Shown: positions 1 through 8,113, numbered from the stretch's first letter. The stretch is DNA of 42,988 nt from a virus (IMGVR_UViG_3300034151_000005:1-42988); one strand, 5' to 3'. The notes: generated by a model not told the origin, from the letters alone. Numbers and translations: made by a program.

Positions 1-127
1 GGGGGGGAGGGGGGAGTTGTCCGCTGGGTGGCCCCTGTTTGTCCGCTTGTCCGCGGACAGCTTGTCCGCCCCCTGTTTTATTGGGAAAACGCCACGTTTT
101 CGCCCTAAAAGCGAAGGTGCAGGCGGA
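1..127. repeat. Terminal direct repeat, copy 1 (identical to 42862-42988); circular assembly overlap
   Basis: First 127 nt match the last 127 nt exactly; 127 is a common assembler k-mer length. Confidence 0.95.
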
Positions 128-220
128 CACGCTGTCCGCCCCCCCCCGGACACGTTGTCCGCCCTTGTCCGCCCCTTGTCCGCGGACAGGGTGTCCGCGT
201 GTCCGCACACGGTTGTCCGC
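18..220. repeat. Iteron-like TGTCCGC array, putative replication origin
   Basis: TGTCCGC at 18, 40, 48, 63, 133, 156, 166, 177, 192, 200, 214; inverted GCGGACA at 53, 123, 182; palindrome TGTCCGCGGACA at 48-59 and 177-188; A/T-tract spacer ~76-110; directly downstream of the helicase-like gene. Confidence 0.75.
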
Positions 221-266
221 AGCGAGAGGCCGGAGAGAATTGGCAGCAGGTGGCGCCTATCCCGGC

Positions 267-1532
267 TCATGCTCGCACCCCGAATCGCTCCGCATCGCCA
301 ACCCCCGGCAAGCGGATGAGTCGGCCCATCTGTACTTCACGGCGCAGCACCCGGTTGAGCGTCTGCACCGTCACGTCAGGCAGTTCCTCGGCGATCGCGT
401 CCCTAGTCAGGGGGATGTGCTTGACTGCCTGTCGAATCCGCAACGGCACCGGCAACTCAGCCGCCGCGTCGGGATCGTCCTGCAAGTCCATCGACGCGAA
501 CGTCGTGGACCCCTCCGTAAACGTCACGGCCACGCCTTGCGGCACGCGCCGGGCTGTGAGGTTCGCCTTGCGGTTGTGGAGCGCGAGCACGATGCGCCCG
601 TCCTGGTCGGGCTCGCCAGCGCGCACAAACCACGTCGCCCGCGCGCCGTTGTGCCAGAACGCGGATCCGAACGGCTTCTGGTCGCCGCCTTCCGCCTTGC
701 TGATGTGCGCCAGGTGCAGGCTCCCCACGCCTGCCGAGCGCGTCGTCTGGAGATACCGCTGCGCGGCTTCGGCGTCTTCCGGCTTGGTGTCACACGCGAA
801 CGCAATGGAGTCGCAGATCAGGTACCCGAGCCTGTCAACTCGTACCATACGCTGGACTTCGTCGCGCATATGCACCAGGGGCCGGTCGCAGCGCTTGTAC
901 CGGATGTCGGGCATGGCGCCGCCACAGATGGCTTCGAGGCGGACGCGATGATCGCCGCCGTCCAGCTCCCAGTCGAGGAGCCCGACCCGGATGCCCTGTC
1001 GGGCCAGTTCCGTCGCCATGTACAGTGCCAGATACGATTTACTCGATCCGCCGTCGCCAAACAAGATCATCGGATGCGCGAGCAACAATGGCACCCCCAG
1101 CACCGACACCGCCGCATCGCCTGTGGGCCGGGGGATGTCACGCAAGGACACCGACGGCGTCCCTGCTCGTTCCTCCGCCAGCACCCGCTGACACAGTTCT
1201 TCGATGAGCCCGACCCAGTCCACGTCGGGCGCCCGTGAGCGGTCCTGGAGGTGCATCGCGCGCGACTTGCGAGCGATGAGGCTCGACAGGTTGAAGTCGG
1301 CCACCGACAGCGACCCGCCCACCGTGCGCGCCCCCGCCATGTCGCAGTCCACCGCCAGTTCGCCGTTCAGTTCATGCCGCTCGCGGCGCAGTCTATCTAC
1401 CCTGAAACTTAGTCCCAAATCCTTAAGCGAGAAGACGTAGGCCTCGTTTTCCCGCCGAAACGTCCGTTTCGCGTCGTCGCTGATCATCGGCGCCGGCGCC
1501 GGCGCCTTGAAGGGACGTGCCGCTGCCGTCAC
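267..1532 (-). CDS. AAA_25/RepA-like replicative helicase-type ATPase with probable C-terminal winged helix
   Basis: Walker A FGDGGSSKSYL, LLDWELD, Walker B LICDS, HLAHISK...KPFGSAFWHNGAR; GTG start overlaps upstream stop (GTGA). Confidence 0.8.
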   Translation of the reverse strand: MTAAARPFKAPAPAPMISDDAKRTFRRENEAYVFSLKDLGLSFRVDRLRRERHELNGELAVDCDMAGARTVGGSLSVADFNLSSLIARKSRAMHLQDRSRAPDVDWVGLIEELCQRVLAEERAGTPSVSLRDIPRPTGDAAVSVLGVPLLLAHPMILFGDGGSSKSYLALYMATELARQGIRVGLLDWELDGGDHRVRLEAICGGAMPDIRYKRCDRPLVHMRDEVQRMVRVDRLGYLICDSIAFACDTKPEDAEAAQRYLQTTRSAGVGSLHLAHISKAEGGDQKPFGSAFWHNGARATWFVRAGEPDQDGRIVLALHNRKANLTARRVPQGVAVTFTEGSTTFASMDLQDDPDAAAELPVPLRIRQAVKHIPLTRDAIAEELPDVTVQTLNRVLRREVQMGRLIRLPGVGDAERFGVRA

Positions 1533-1987
1533 GCTTCGCCACCTGACCGCTGTCTGCTGCTGGCGAGGGCGGCGTCGATGATGGCATCACAACGGGCTGC
1601 GTCGGCCTCGACGCATGGCGCCGAATAGGTGTCAGGCACATCCCGGCATAGGTTCTCCCGCACCGCCACCAACGCTTCCCGCAGTAAGAGCACTTCAGCC
1701 TCCGCGTTGATGGCCCGCGACCGCTGTCCTTGCTCCTCCTCCAGCGACTGCCGCAGCCGCATAACCTCGGCCTCGGCCTTGATACGCCGTGCTTCCTTAC
1801 CACGCGCGGCCTTCTCCTGCTGGAGGGTGGTTATGGTCATGAAGACTTCCACGAGCGCCGCTGCGTCCGCTCGTATCTCATCCCACCCCTCCACCGTTAG
1901 GTCATTGAATAAACGGTTAAACGTATCCGTGTCGATGTGCGCCATCTGCTTCGACACAAACTCTCGTGCCATCTGCTCCGGGGTCAC
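1529..1987 (-). CDS. Hypothetical coiled-coil protein
   Basis: 152 aa, coupled by 4-nt overlaps at both ends. Confidence 0.7.
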   Translation of the reverse strand: MTPEQMAREFVSKQMAHIDTDTFNRLFNDLTVEGWDEIRADAAALVEVFMTITTLQQEKAARGKEARRIKAEAEVMRLRQSLEEEQGQRSRAINAEAEVLLLREALVAVRENLCRDVPDTYSAPCVEADAARCDAIIDAALASSRQRSGGEA

Positions 1988-2187
1988 GCCTGGCCGCCCG
2001 ACTGCTGCCGAAGCGTCAGGTCACGCAGTTGCGTGACCGCGAGGTGCAGGACGGTGCGATAGCCCTCGACCTCGCGCCGGAGGGCATCGCGTTCCTGCTG
2101 GAGTCGTTCGAGGTCGCGATCCATCTCGAGGAGGCGGCGCACCACTTCCTCGAGCATGGAGAGGTCAACTGTCGTCAGGACCGCCAT
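1984..2187 (-). CDS. Small coiled-coil hypothetical protein (67 aa, MAVLTTVDLS...)
   Basis: ATG at 2187 overlaps the upstream TGA (TGATG); heptad-like sequence. Confidence 0.7.
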   Translation of the reverse strand: MAVLTTVDLSMLEEVVRRLLEMDRDLERLQQERDALRREVEGYRTVLHLAVTQLRDLTLRQQSGGQA

Positions 2188-2252
2188 CAGTGCACCGCCT
2201 GTTCGGCGTTGACGTGGCGGGTCGTGCTGGTAGAATAGCGGGCTAGGTCCAT
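2187..2252 (-). CDS. Putative 21-aa leader peptide MDLARYSTSTTRHVNAEQAVH
   Basis: GGAGG RBS (2257-2261) 4 nt before ATG; stop overlaps the next start (TGATG). Confidence 0.55.
   Translation of the reverse strand: MDLARYSTSTTRHVNAEQAVH
2209..2236 (+). promoter_or_regulatory. Sigma70-type promoter on the antisense strand
   Basis: TTGACG (2209-2214), 16-nt spacer, TAGAAT (2231-2236), extended -10 TG at 2228-2229. Confidence 0.75.
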
Positions 2253-2321
2253 GGTGCCTCCGATGCACGATGGCGAATTGGTAAGGCGGCGCCCATGTTC
2301 TCGCATGTGGCGCCGTTTTTT
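2242..2321 (+). ncRNA. Putative ~80-nt antisense RNA
   Basis: Bounded by the promoter above and an intrinsic terminator; no complete ORF inside; complementary to the leader peptide RBS and start codon. The 5' end is estimated. Confidence 0.65.
2287..2321 (+). terminator. Intrinsic terminator on the plus strand
   Basis: CGGCGCC-CATG-ttctcg-CATG-t-GGCGCCG hairpin followed by TTTTTT (2316-2321). Confidence 0.75.
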
Positions 2322-2358
2322 GTGTGACCACTCTACTCCTGCCGGCGCTGGCGCGCAA

Positions 2359-3075
2359 TCAGAACGCCTCGTCCAGTGCCTTTGAGACGGTACCAATATC
2401 GTCAGCAGACCACGGCACCGTCACCGCCAACACGTCCAGCCGCTCGGCGAGCATCCGCGTCTTCACGACGTCGGTCCTGACGTGCGCCGCGATGGCGTCC
2501 CAGTCCCCCTCGGCCACCAGCCGCGCGATGTCGCTGCCGTCGTGCGCGTCGCAGGGCACGTCGAGGGCGAACAGCTTGCAGAAGTTCGATAGCGTCCGAC
2601 GGATGACAAAGGTCCGCTGGGTGTCATCGAACGTCAGGAGCCGGTACAGGTCAATCTGGTCCGTGTTGCCGTACTTGCGCTGGTCCAGCCGCGGCACGGG
2701 CACCCGCAGGAACCGCGATCGCTGGACCAGTGTCGGGATGTCGAACCCCGCGCCGTTGAACGTCACGAGGCGCCTGGACCGGTCCTGGTACACACGCCAG
2801 ATCCGACGCAGTGCGAACGCCTCTTCCTCGACGTCCCGGCAGATCAGCACGGTCGGCTCGCTCGTTTCTTCGGTCTGATAGCCCACGGCCACGATGGCAT
2901 TCGCGTTCCAGTCCAGCGCGGCGTTCGCGATCGCCTCATCCCGCTTCTTGGCGAGATCGGCCGCGATCTTCTCAGGGTCTTTCAGGTTGCCCGCGGCCCG
3001 AATCTCGTCGGTATAGTCCGCGACGTCAGGGCGCCCTACGGTTTCGATGTCCAGTACCAGCCACGTGGGCGTCAT
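2359..3075 (-). CDS. PolB-like/DnaQ-fold 3'-5' exonuclease
   Basis: ExoI LVLDIET, ExoII VTFNGAGFDIP, ExoIII-like HVRTDV; ATGA-coupled start at 3075. Confidence 0.85.
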   Translation of the reverse strand: MTPTWLVLDIETVGRPDVADYTDEIRAAGNLKDPEKIAADLAKKRDEAIANAALDWNANAIVAVGYQTEETSEPTVLICRDVEEEAFALRRIWRVYQDRSRRLVTFNGAGFDIPTLVQRSRFLRVPVPRLDQRKYGNTDQIDLYRLLTFDDTQRTFVIRRTLSNFCKLFALDVPCDAHDGSDIARLVAEGDWDAIAAHVRTDVVKTRMLAERLDVLAVTVPWSADDIGTVSKALDEAF

Positions 3076-3860
3076 CGTTCCACCTCCCACGGGGCCGGCC
3101 CAGCGCCTGAGAGCATGTCGTCATCGTCATCGTCGCCTGGCTCACGCTGAACGGCGCCCGTCTTCAGCACCTCGATCAGCGCGTCGTAGTCGCTGACCCG
3201 GATCGCCTTGCTGTTGTCGTAGCCGTAGCGGAGCAGGAGCGCCTTCACGTCATCGGCGCCCCACAACTGCTCTTTACTGATGGCATACAGGCGCTTGCGC
3301 TGCCCCTCGGTGATGACGCGCTCACTGCGGGCCGAGTCGGCAGGCGCGGCCATGAACTCCGCGATCTCCTGTTGCGTCTTCGTGGCCGTCTGGGGCTGCA
3401 CTGGGGGCGTGACTGGTGTTAGGCCCATGTGTGGCGCAGTGGCCGTCGCGGGCTTGCTCTTGGGCCGTCCCTGCGCGGCTTCCGCGTCGTCGTCCTCATC
3501 GGACACGACTCCCGCCAGCGCCGCCAGACCGTAGCGCTTGCAGTAGCTCGTGACGCTGCCAATGGACTGCGGCGAGGCATCCCGCGCGCGCGCGGTCAGG
3601 GCCGACGACACCCACTCGCCCGAACTGTGCGCGAGCGTCGTCGTGACCGTCACGAGCGCCTCGTCGGCACTGACGCCCTGCAGGATGGCGATGCCATTCG
3701 CGGACAGCGCTTCCCGGCACGCGCCGACGATGGCCGCGAGGTCGCTATACTTGCTCTTGAAGTGCGGGTTTTCGGCGTCCTTGCTGGCAGCCTTCATCAC
3801 GCCTTGGGCCTTGCTCAGCGCCTCGGCGAACTTCCCGATGGTCGGAGAGGTCTGCATCAC
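3072..3860 (-). CDS. erf: ERF-family single-strand annealing protein
   Basis: ALSKAQ...KDAENPHFKSKYSDL...LAHSSGEW...PQSIGSVTSYCKRYGLAALAGV...DDDAE. Confidence 0.9.
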   Translation of the reverse strand: MMQTSPTIGKFAEALSKAQGVMKAASKDAENPHFKSKYSDLAAIVGACREALSANGIAILQGVSADEALVTVTTTLAHSSGEWVSSALTARARDASPQSIGSVTSYCKRYGLAALAGVVSDEDDDAEAAQGRPKSKPATATAPHMGLTPVTPPVQPQTATKTQQEIAEFMAAPADSARSERVITEGQRKRLYAISKEQLWGADDVKALLLRYGYDNSKAIRVSDYDALIEVLKTGAVQREPGDDDDDDMLSGAGPAPWEVER

Positions 3861-4117
3861 GCCACCTCCGGCGCGAGCGTGATGGCGCGGCGCTCGAGGC
3901 CAGTGATGACGTCGTTGACGTCGCAGCCGCGCAGCCCGTCGAGCAGCCGCAGTGCCGCCACCGCGGCCACGTCGTACTTGACGGTTGGGTCAATCGTCAG
4001 CCCGTGCGTGAACTGCAGCGCCTGCAGCCCGCGCACGAGCCCCTGGTCGACCAACCCTTCGAGCAAGTCCGTCATGCGCGCGTCTTCCTGGCGTGGTGTA
4101 TAGTGCATCTGTTTCAT
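3857..4117 (-). CDS. Hypothetical protein (86 aa)
   Basis: ATG at 4117 after GGAAGG; stop overlaps the erf start. Confidence 0.6.
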   Translation of the reverse strand: MKQMHYTPRQEDARMTDLLEGLVDQGLVRGLQALQFTHGLTIDPTVKYDVAAVAALRLLDGLRGCDVNDVITGLERRAITLAPEVA

Positions 4118-4191
4118 GGCCTTCCAGCCCCCCATGGCTGTCTGAGAGAGCCGGCGACGTCGTTGAAGCGGCGTCCCGGCTCGTTTGTCGT

Positions 4192-4386
4192 TTACTCGAC
4201 GTCTATCGCGGCGATCGGTCGTCGCAACTCTGGACGTTCCCGCGTGCACTCCAGGCAGACGTACTCCTCTTCGTCTTCGAGTGAGTCATCAGGGTCAGCC
4301 AGCACTTCATCTCCGCACACGGCGCACTCTAGCCGTACCGGCTCGGTGCACAGTTCCGGCTCGTCTCGCGAATCCCAGCCGCTCAC
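4192..4386 (-). CDS. Small acidic CxxC-CxxC zinc-finger protein
   Basis: CAVC...CLEC; coupled to the upstream stop. Confidence 0.65.
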   Translation of the reverse strand: MSGWDSRDEPELCTEPVRLECAVCGDEVLADPDDSLEDEEEYVCLECTRERPELRRPIAAIDVE

Positions 4387-4658
4387 ATCACCCTCCGATA
4401 CTGGTCAGCATCGAGCGCGCGATCGACCCGCAAGCACCACTCGTAATGGCCAATCTCGGCCGCCTGTCGGTCGGTCCCGTACTGTTCCTGCTCGCCGCCG
4501 AGGCGGATGAGCGCGAACTCGGACGGGATAACCAGCGTCTCGTACACGCGCTGTACCGGCAGCCACGACGTGAACACCTTGACGCCGCTGCGCTCGTACC
4601 GGCCGACGTCGTCCAGCTTGTAGCCGCCCCACGTCATCTGCTCTAGTTTCTCGGCCAT
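4383..4658 (-). CDS. Hypothetical protein (91 aa, MAEKLEQ...)
   Basis: GGGGGAG RBS before ATG at 4658. Confidence 0.65.
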   Translation of the reverse strand: MAEKLEQMTWGGYKLDDVGRYERSGVKVFTSWLPVQRVYETLVIPSEFALIRLGGEQEQYGTDRQAAEIGHYEWCLRVDRALDADQYRRVM

Positions 4659-4858
4659 CGCTCCCCCTTCCGTACGATCATCCGAAAACCTCGACCAGAC
4701 GCGATGACCACCGGAGGCGTTCTGTAGCTTTCGGTTTCCGCCCACTGCAACAATGCGATCGCGAGCGGTGTGTCAATGTCCTCAGCCGCCCGACGCAACG
4801 TCGCAAACAGGCGGCTTCTCGCGTGCTGCAACACGAGACGCGCGGCATCTGGCGTCAT
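4643..4858 (-). CDS. Hypothetical protein
   Basis: ATGA-coupled start at 4858. Confidence 0.55.
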   Translation of the reverse strand: MTPDAARLVLQHARSRLFATLRRAAEDIDTPLAIALLQWAETESYRTPPVVIASGRGFRMIVRKGERWPRN

Positions 4859-5034
4859 CGCTCCCACGAGTCCATGTGCCAGTCGTCCCGCCGCGTGCTG
4901 ATGGCGACGAGCCGCGCGTGCAGGCTCTCCCGCTCCCGCTGCTGCTCGTCCCGCTTCGCTGCCAGAGACAGAGCGACAACCCCAGTTGTCGCCATCACCA
5001 CCACCACGCCGATCACTGCGAGTACCAGTTCCAT
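4855..5034 (-). CDS. Small single-TM protein (59 aa, MELVLAVIGVVVVMATTGVVALSLAAKR...), not in ORF track
   Basis: Translated by hand; GGGGGGAG RBS; hydrophobic N-terminus; stop overlaps the next start. Confidence 0.7.
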   Translation of the reverse strand: MELVLAVIGVVVVMATTGVVALSLAAKRDEQQRERESLHARLVAISTRRDDWHMDSWER

Positions 5035-5057
5035 GTCACTCCCCCTGTGTCCTTCGG

Positions 5058-5264
5058 TTACGACGCCGGCACGTCATCGGGAAACGCCAGCTCAGGACGC
5101 ACGTCCAGGGCCGCCGAGATGCGCCGCACCAGGCGCCAGCTCGGGTTCGCGTTCTTGCCGGTTTCGATGGCGCTGAGCGTCGGCTGGGTCATCCCCGCCT
5201 TGGCGGCCAGCGCCACCTGCGTCAACCCGCGCGTCTTGCGGATGGTCTTGAGTGCGGAAGCCAT
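5058..5264 (-). CDS. Cro-like XRE helix-turn-helix regulator
   Basis: LKTIRKTRGLTQVALAAKAGMTQPTLSAIETGKNANPS; 68 aa with no peptidase domain. Confidence 0.9.
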   Translation of the reverse strand: MASALKTIRKTRGLTQVALAAKAGMTQPTLSAIETGKNANPSWRLVRRISAALDVRPELAFPDDVPAS

Positions 5265-5270
5265 GACCAG

Positions 5271-5299
5271 ACGATACGCCTGTGCGGTTATGTCGTCAA
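5271..5299 (-). promoter_or_regulatory. Early promoter, probably giving a leaderless mRNA
   Basis: Minus strand TTGACG-N17-TATCGT; only 6 nt (CTGGTC) between the -10 and the ATG at 5264; no RBS. Confidence 0.75.
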
Positions 5300-5459
5300 G
5301 GGGTATTTACGTAGGCGTGTACTATGCTTTGGTATAGTGGGCCGGCGGGGTGAGTGCGGCCGGTGCCCAGCCTACCGCCCTCAAGGGTCGCCCCGCCGTC
5401 GTCCGCACACCGCCGCCCGCAGAATTGCGAGCGCCACGGCGCCCCACTCGGACGTGCTG

Positions 5460-5729
5460 TCAGTCGACGCGCCGTACCGTCATCGCAGCGTAGGGATCGC
5501 TCGCGACGTCTTTGACTTCGGCGGTACTCGTCCCCGCATTGCGGAGGACGTTCTCGGTGGTGACCTGGGAGCGGAGGAAGACGGCCAGGATGGCATTGGC
5601 CAGCACGAGCACGGCGGCTTGCTGGTCCTGCGTCATGTGGCCGATGTCGAAGACGATGCAGACGCCAATGATGGACTGCACGAGCGCAATGATGGCGACA
5701 GGTTCGGTGCTAAACCCGAGTCGGCTCAT
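5460..5729 (-). CDS. Putative holin (2 TM)
   Basis: EPVAIIALVQSIIGVCIVF...QQAAVLVLANAILAVFLRSQVT pattern; GGAGA RBS; last gene of the late operon. Confidence 0.6.
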   Translation of the reverse strand: MSRLGFSTEPVAIIALVQSIIGVCIVFDIGHMTQDQQAAVLVLANAILAVFLRSQVTTENVLRNAGTSTAEVKDVASDPYAAMTVRRVD

Positions 5730-5832
5730 GGACTCTCCACGGGGGTGCGCCGAGGCTTTCATCGTGGCCACCAGCAGCGCCGAAGTCTGACGTACTCGCC
5801 CTGACCGTCAGACTCCGGCAGTCTACTCAATG

Positions 5833-5865
5833 CTGAGTTGGAAACAAAGAGATTTCCGACTCCAG
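5833..5865. terminator. Hairpin just downstream of the ART-like gene (possible terminator or stabiliser)
   Basis: GAGTTGGAAA-caaagaga-TTTCCGACTC inverted repeat; no clear U tract. Confidence 0.35.
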
Positions 5866-5869
5866 TGTA

Positions 5870-7480
5870 CTACCGCCGCCGCCGCTCGTCCTCGTCCCGC
5901 TGTGGGCGGCCGACTTGGCTCAGCGGCACGAAGGGCAGCAGGCCGTACTTGCGGAGGATGCTCACTAGCTTGTCGTCGGCGACGACGTAATTGCGAGTCA
6001 CACCACCGGACGCCTCGGCCGCCGCTTCCGCTTCGGCCTGCGTCGCGTAGGGCTGCATGGACCCCTTCACGAACCACTTGTCGCCGAGTTTATCGACGCC
6101 CGCCGTGATGCGCGAGCCTTGGTCGAGGTACTTGATGCCGGGGATGCCCATGTCTTTGAGCTGGCCAGCCACGCCTTCAGGGCCGACTGGGGCCTGTACC
6201 GCACCCTTTTGCCACAAGGCTTCCAGGCGATTCTGCATCTCCCGGTACAACTGCTCGCCGGTCGGGTCGTGGCCGAGTCGATGGTCGCTGAACCGGCCAA
6301 ACTCGCCCGAGAGCAAGTGCTTACGGGCGAAATCCTGCATGGCCTTCGGCTGCGCACTGAGCGGCTTGTCCCAGTCGAGGAACTGCTCCGGGTCCGCGTC
6401 GATGTTCACCTCGTACATCTTGCCGCCGGGCTTGATCGTCGTTTCGGCCTTCAATCGCTCCAGCGTATCCGCACGTCGTGACCAGAGTTGACGAGCGTCC
6501 GCCCCGCGCCATGTCATCTCGGCCTGTTCACGCAGCCCACGGATCGAGGTGTCGATGTCGCTGTCGCTCATAAACGCCATCGCGTCAAGTTCTTCCGGCG
6601 TGAACTTCCCTGAGGCGCGAGCGGCGTCTAAGCTGCCTTTCTTGACGCCCTTCATGCCGGCGGTGAGGTGCTCCCATGTCACGCCAGGAACACCACGGAC
6701 TTCGACTTCCATGGGTGACAGCGCATCGCGATAGCCCTTCGCCACGCCCTCGTGCTCCGCGAAGTAGAGCCCGTGCCCGTACGCCTGCGCGCCTTCGCCC
6801 GTCCCGATCTTCTCGGTCGAGAACTGGTCGAAGTCGTGCGGCGAGCCGTGATAGACCCGGATCGCGCCCGTCTCATCGCGCACGAGTTTCTGTGCGGCCT
6901 TCGACTGCGCCCCGCGAAGGCCGCCCTGCACGCCGAGACCGATCACGCCGCCGAGCACGGCCCCCCGCCCCGTCTCCATGGCCGTGCGCCACGGGTCGAC
7001 GGTGCCCGACTCGGCCAACTGCATCCCCGCTGACGAGGCCGCCGCTCCCGACACACCCGCCGCCAGCGCACGCGGCACCTGACGCAGCAACGGCGCCCCC
7101 CGCTTGAGCGTGGCCCCTGGAATGGGTGCGGTGGCCCCCGCCGCCAGCATTTCGAGCGGGTTGACCGACTCACGCACGCCTTGCGCCACCTCGCGCGACT
7201 GCGCCCACTCATCGCCCATCGCGGCGCCTGTGGCGGTTCCGGCGAAGGTGCCCACCGGGCCTGCGAGCGACCCGATCACGCCGCCCGCGATGCCGCCCCC
7301 GACCCGTGCAGCCAGATTGCCGCCCCACTCCCCCCACGTCTGCGGTGGTCGCTGCGCCTTGAGATGGTTGAGCACCCACGACTCAATCTGCGCGCCAGTC
7401 GTGCCGGCCGGAAACGACACCGGGCCGACGCCTTGCACGTCGACAATGATCGGCTCCGGCATCTTGCGCTTGTCCGCCAT
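5870..7480 (-). CDS. Probable ejected virion protein with a polyvalent-protein-type ADP-ribosyltransferase-like domain
   Basis: VYHGSPHDFDQFSTEKIGTGEGAQAYGHGLYFAE...MYEVNI...GIPGIKYLDQGSR...RNYVV; Gly/Ala-rich N-terminal third. Confidence 0.75.
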   Translation of the reverse strand: MADKRKMPEPIIVDVQGVGPVSFPAGTTGAQIESWVLNHLKAQRPPQTWGEWGGNLAARVGGGIAGGVIGSLAGPVGTFAGTATGAAMGDEWAQSREVAQGVRESVNPLEMLAAGATAPIPGATLKRGAPLLRQVPRALAAGVSGAAASSAGMQLAESGTVDPWRTAMETGRGAVLGGVIGLGVQGGLRGAQSKAAQKLVRDETGAIRVYHGSPHDFDQFSTEKIGTGEGAQAYGHGLYFAEHEGVAKGYRDALSPMEVEVRGVPGVTWEHLTAGMKGVKKGSLDAARASGKFTPEELDAMAFMSDSDIDTSIRGLREQAEMTWRGADARQLWSRRADTLERLKAETTIKPGGKMYEVNIDADPEQFLDWDKPLSAQPKAMQDFARKHLLSGEFGRFSDHRLGHDPTGEQLYREMQNRLEALWQKGAVQAPVGPEGVAGQLKDMGIPGIKYLDQGSRITAGVDKLGDKWFVKGSMQPYATQAEAEAAAEASGGVTRNYVVADDKLVSILRKYGLLPFVPLSQVGRPQRDEDERRRR

Positions 7481-7495
7481 GGGTGCTCCCCCTCG

Positions 7496-8113
7496 CTACC
7501 GACGGCGCCGCATGAACCCCGCGCCCAACAGTCCCATGCCCATCAGCACGAGGCTGGCAGGCTCAGGGATCGGCGGTGGCGGGGGAGGAGGTGGAGGCGG
7601 TGGCGGGAAGCCGCTCGTGCGCTCGATCACGGAGTAGTGCGAGACGTCGTGCGCCACGCTCCCGCCCGACAGGTCAAACGGCGGCTCCGTGAACGGGGTA
7701 TTCCACAGGCCCGACGTCGCTTCCCCGTTGAAGAGGAACGCCACGAGGTTCGTATCGGCGCCGTCCTTGAAGACAATGGCGTAATCGGTCGTCGCGAAGT
7801 TCGCACCGACGATGGCCCACGTATCGCCAGGATTGAGCTGGAGCTGCCCGGCGTTGTCGGTCCAGTCACTGAAGCCGAAGAAGCCCGCGAGATTGATGTT
7901 CGTGAGGTTGGCCACGTTGGAGTTGTCGGGCGGGCTGATGTACTGACAGGCCGAGGTGGCCGTCTCCTGTGCGCCGTAGAACACCTTCGCGGTGCCATCG
8001 GTGACGAAGCTGACGGGACAATTGACGAGCGCCGCCTGTGCCGCCTGGCTCGAGGCCAGCAGCGACACGGCGCAGACGAGGGGACACACGAGGCGAGCGA
8101 GAGCGACACGCAT
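7496..8113 (-). CDS. PEP-CTERM sorting-domain surface protein (205 aa)
   Basis: Signal peptide ending AQAA, poly-Pro linker, IPEPASLVLMGMGLLGAGFMRRRR C-terminus; AAGGA RBS before ATG 8113. Confidence 0.9.
   Translation of the reverse strand: MRVALARLVCPLVCAVSLLASSQAAQAALVNCPVSFVTDGTAKVFYGAQETATSACQYISPPDNSNVANLTNINLAGFFGFSDWTDNAGQLQLNPGDTWAIVGANFATTDYAIVFKDGADTNLVAFLFNGEATSGLWNTPFTEPPFDLSGGSVAHDVSHYSVIERTSGFPPPPPPPPPPPPIPEPASLVLMGMGLLGAGFMRRRR

Noticed and set aside
1-127. Biological direct terminal repeat of the virion DNA
   Set aside because: Length matches a common assembler k-mer and the break lies in the origin region; a P22-like terminase suggests headful packaging of circularly permuted DNA.
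18-220. CRISPR array
   Set aside because: Repeats are 7 nt with irregular short spacing and both orientations; no cas genes.
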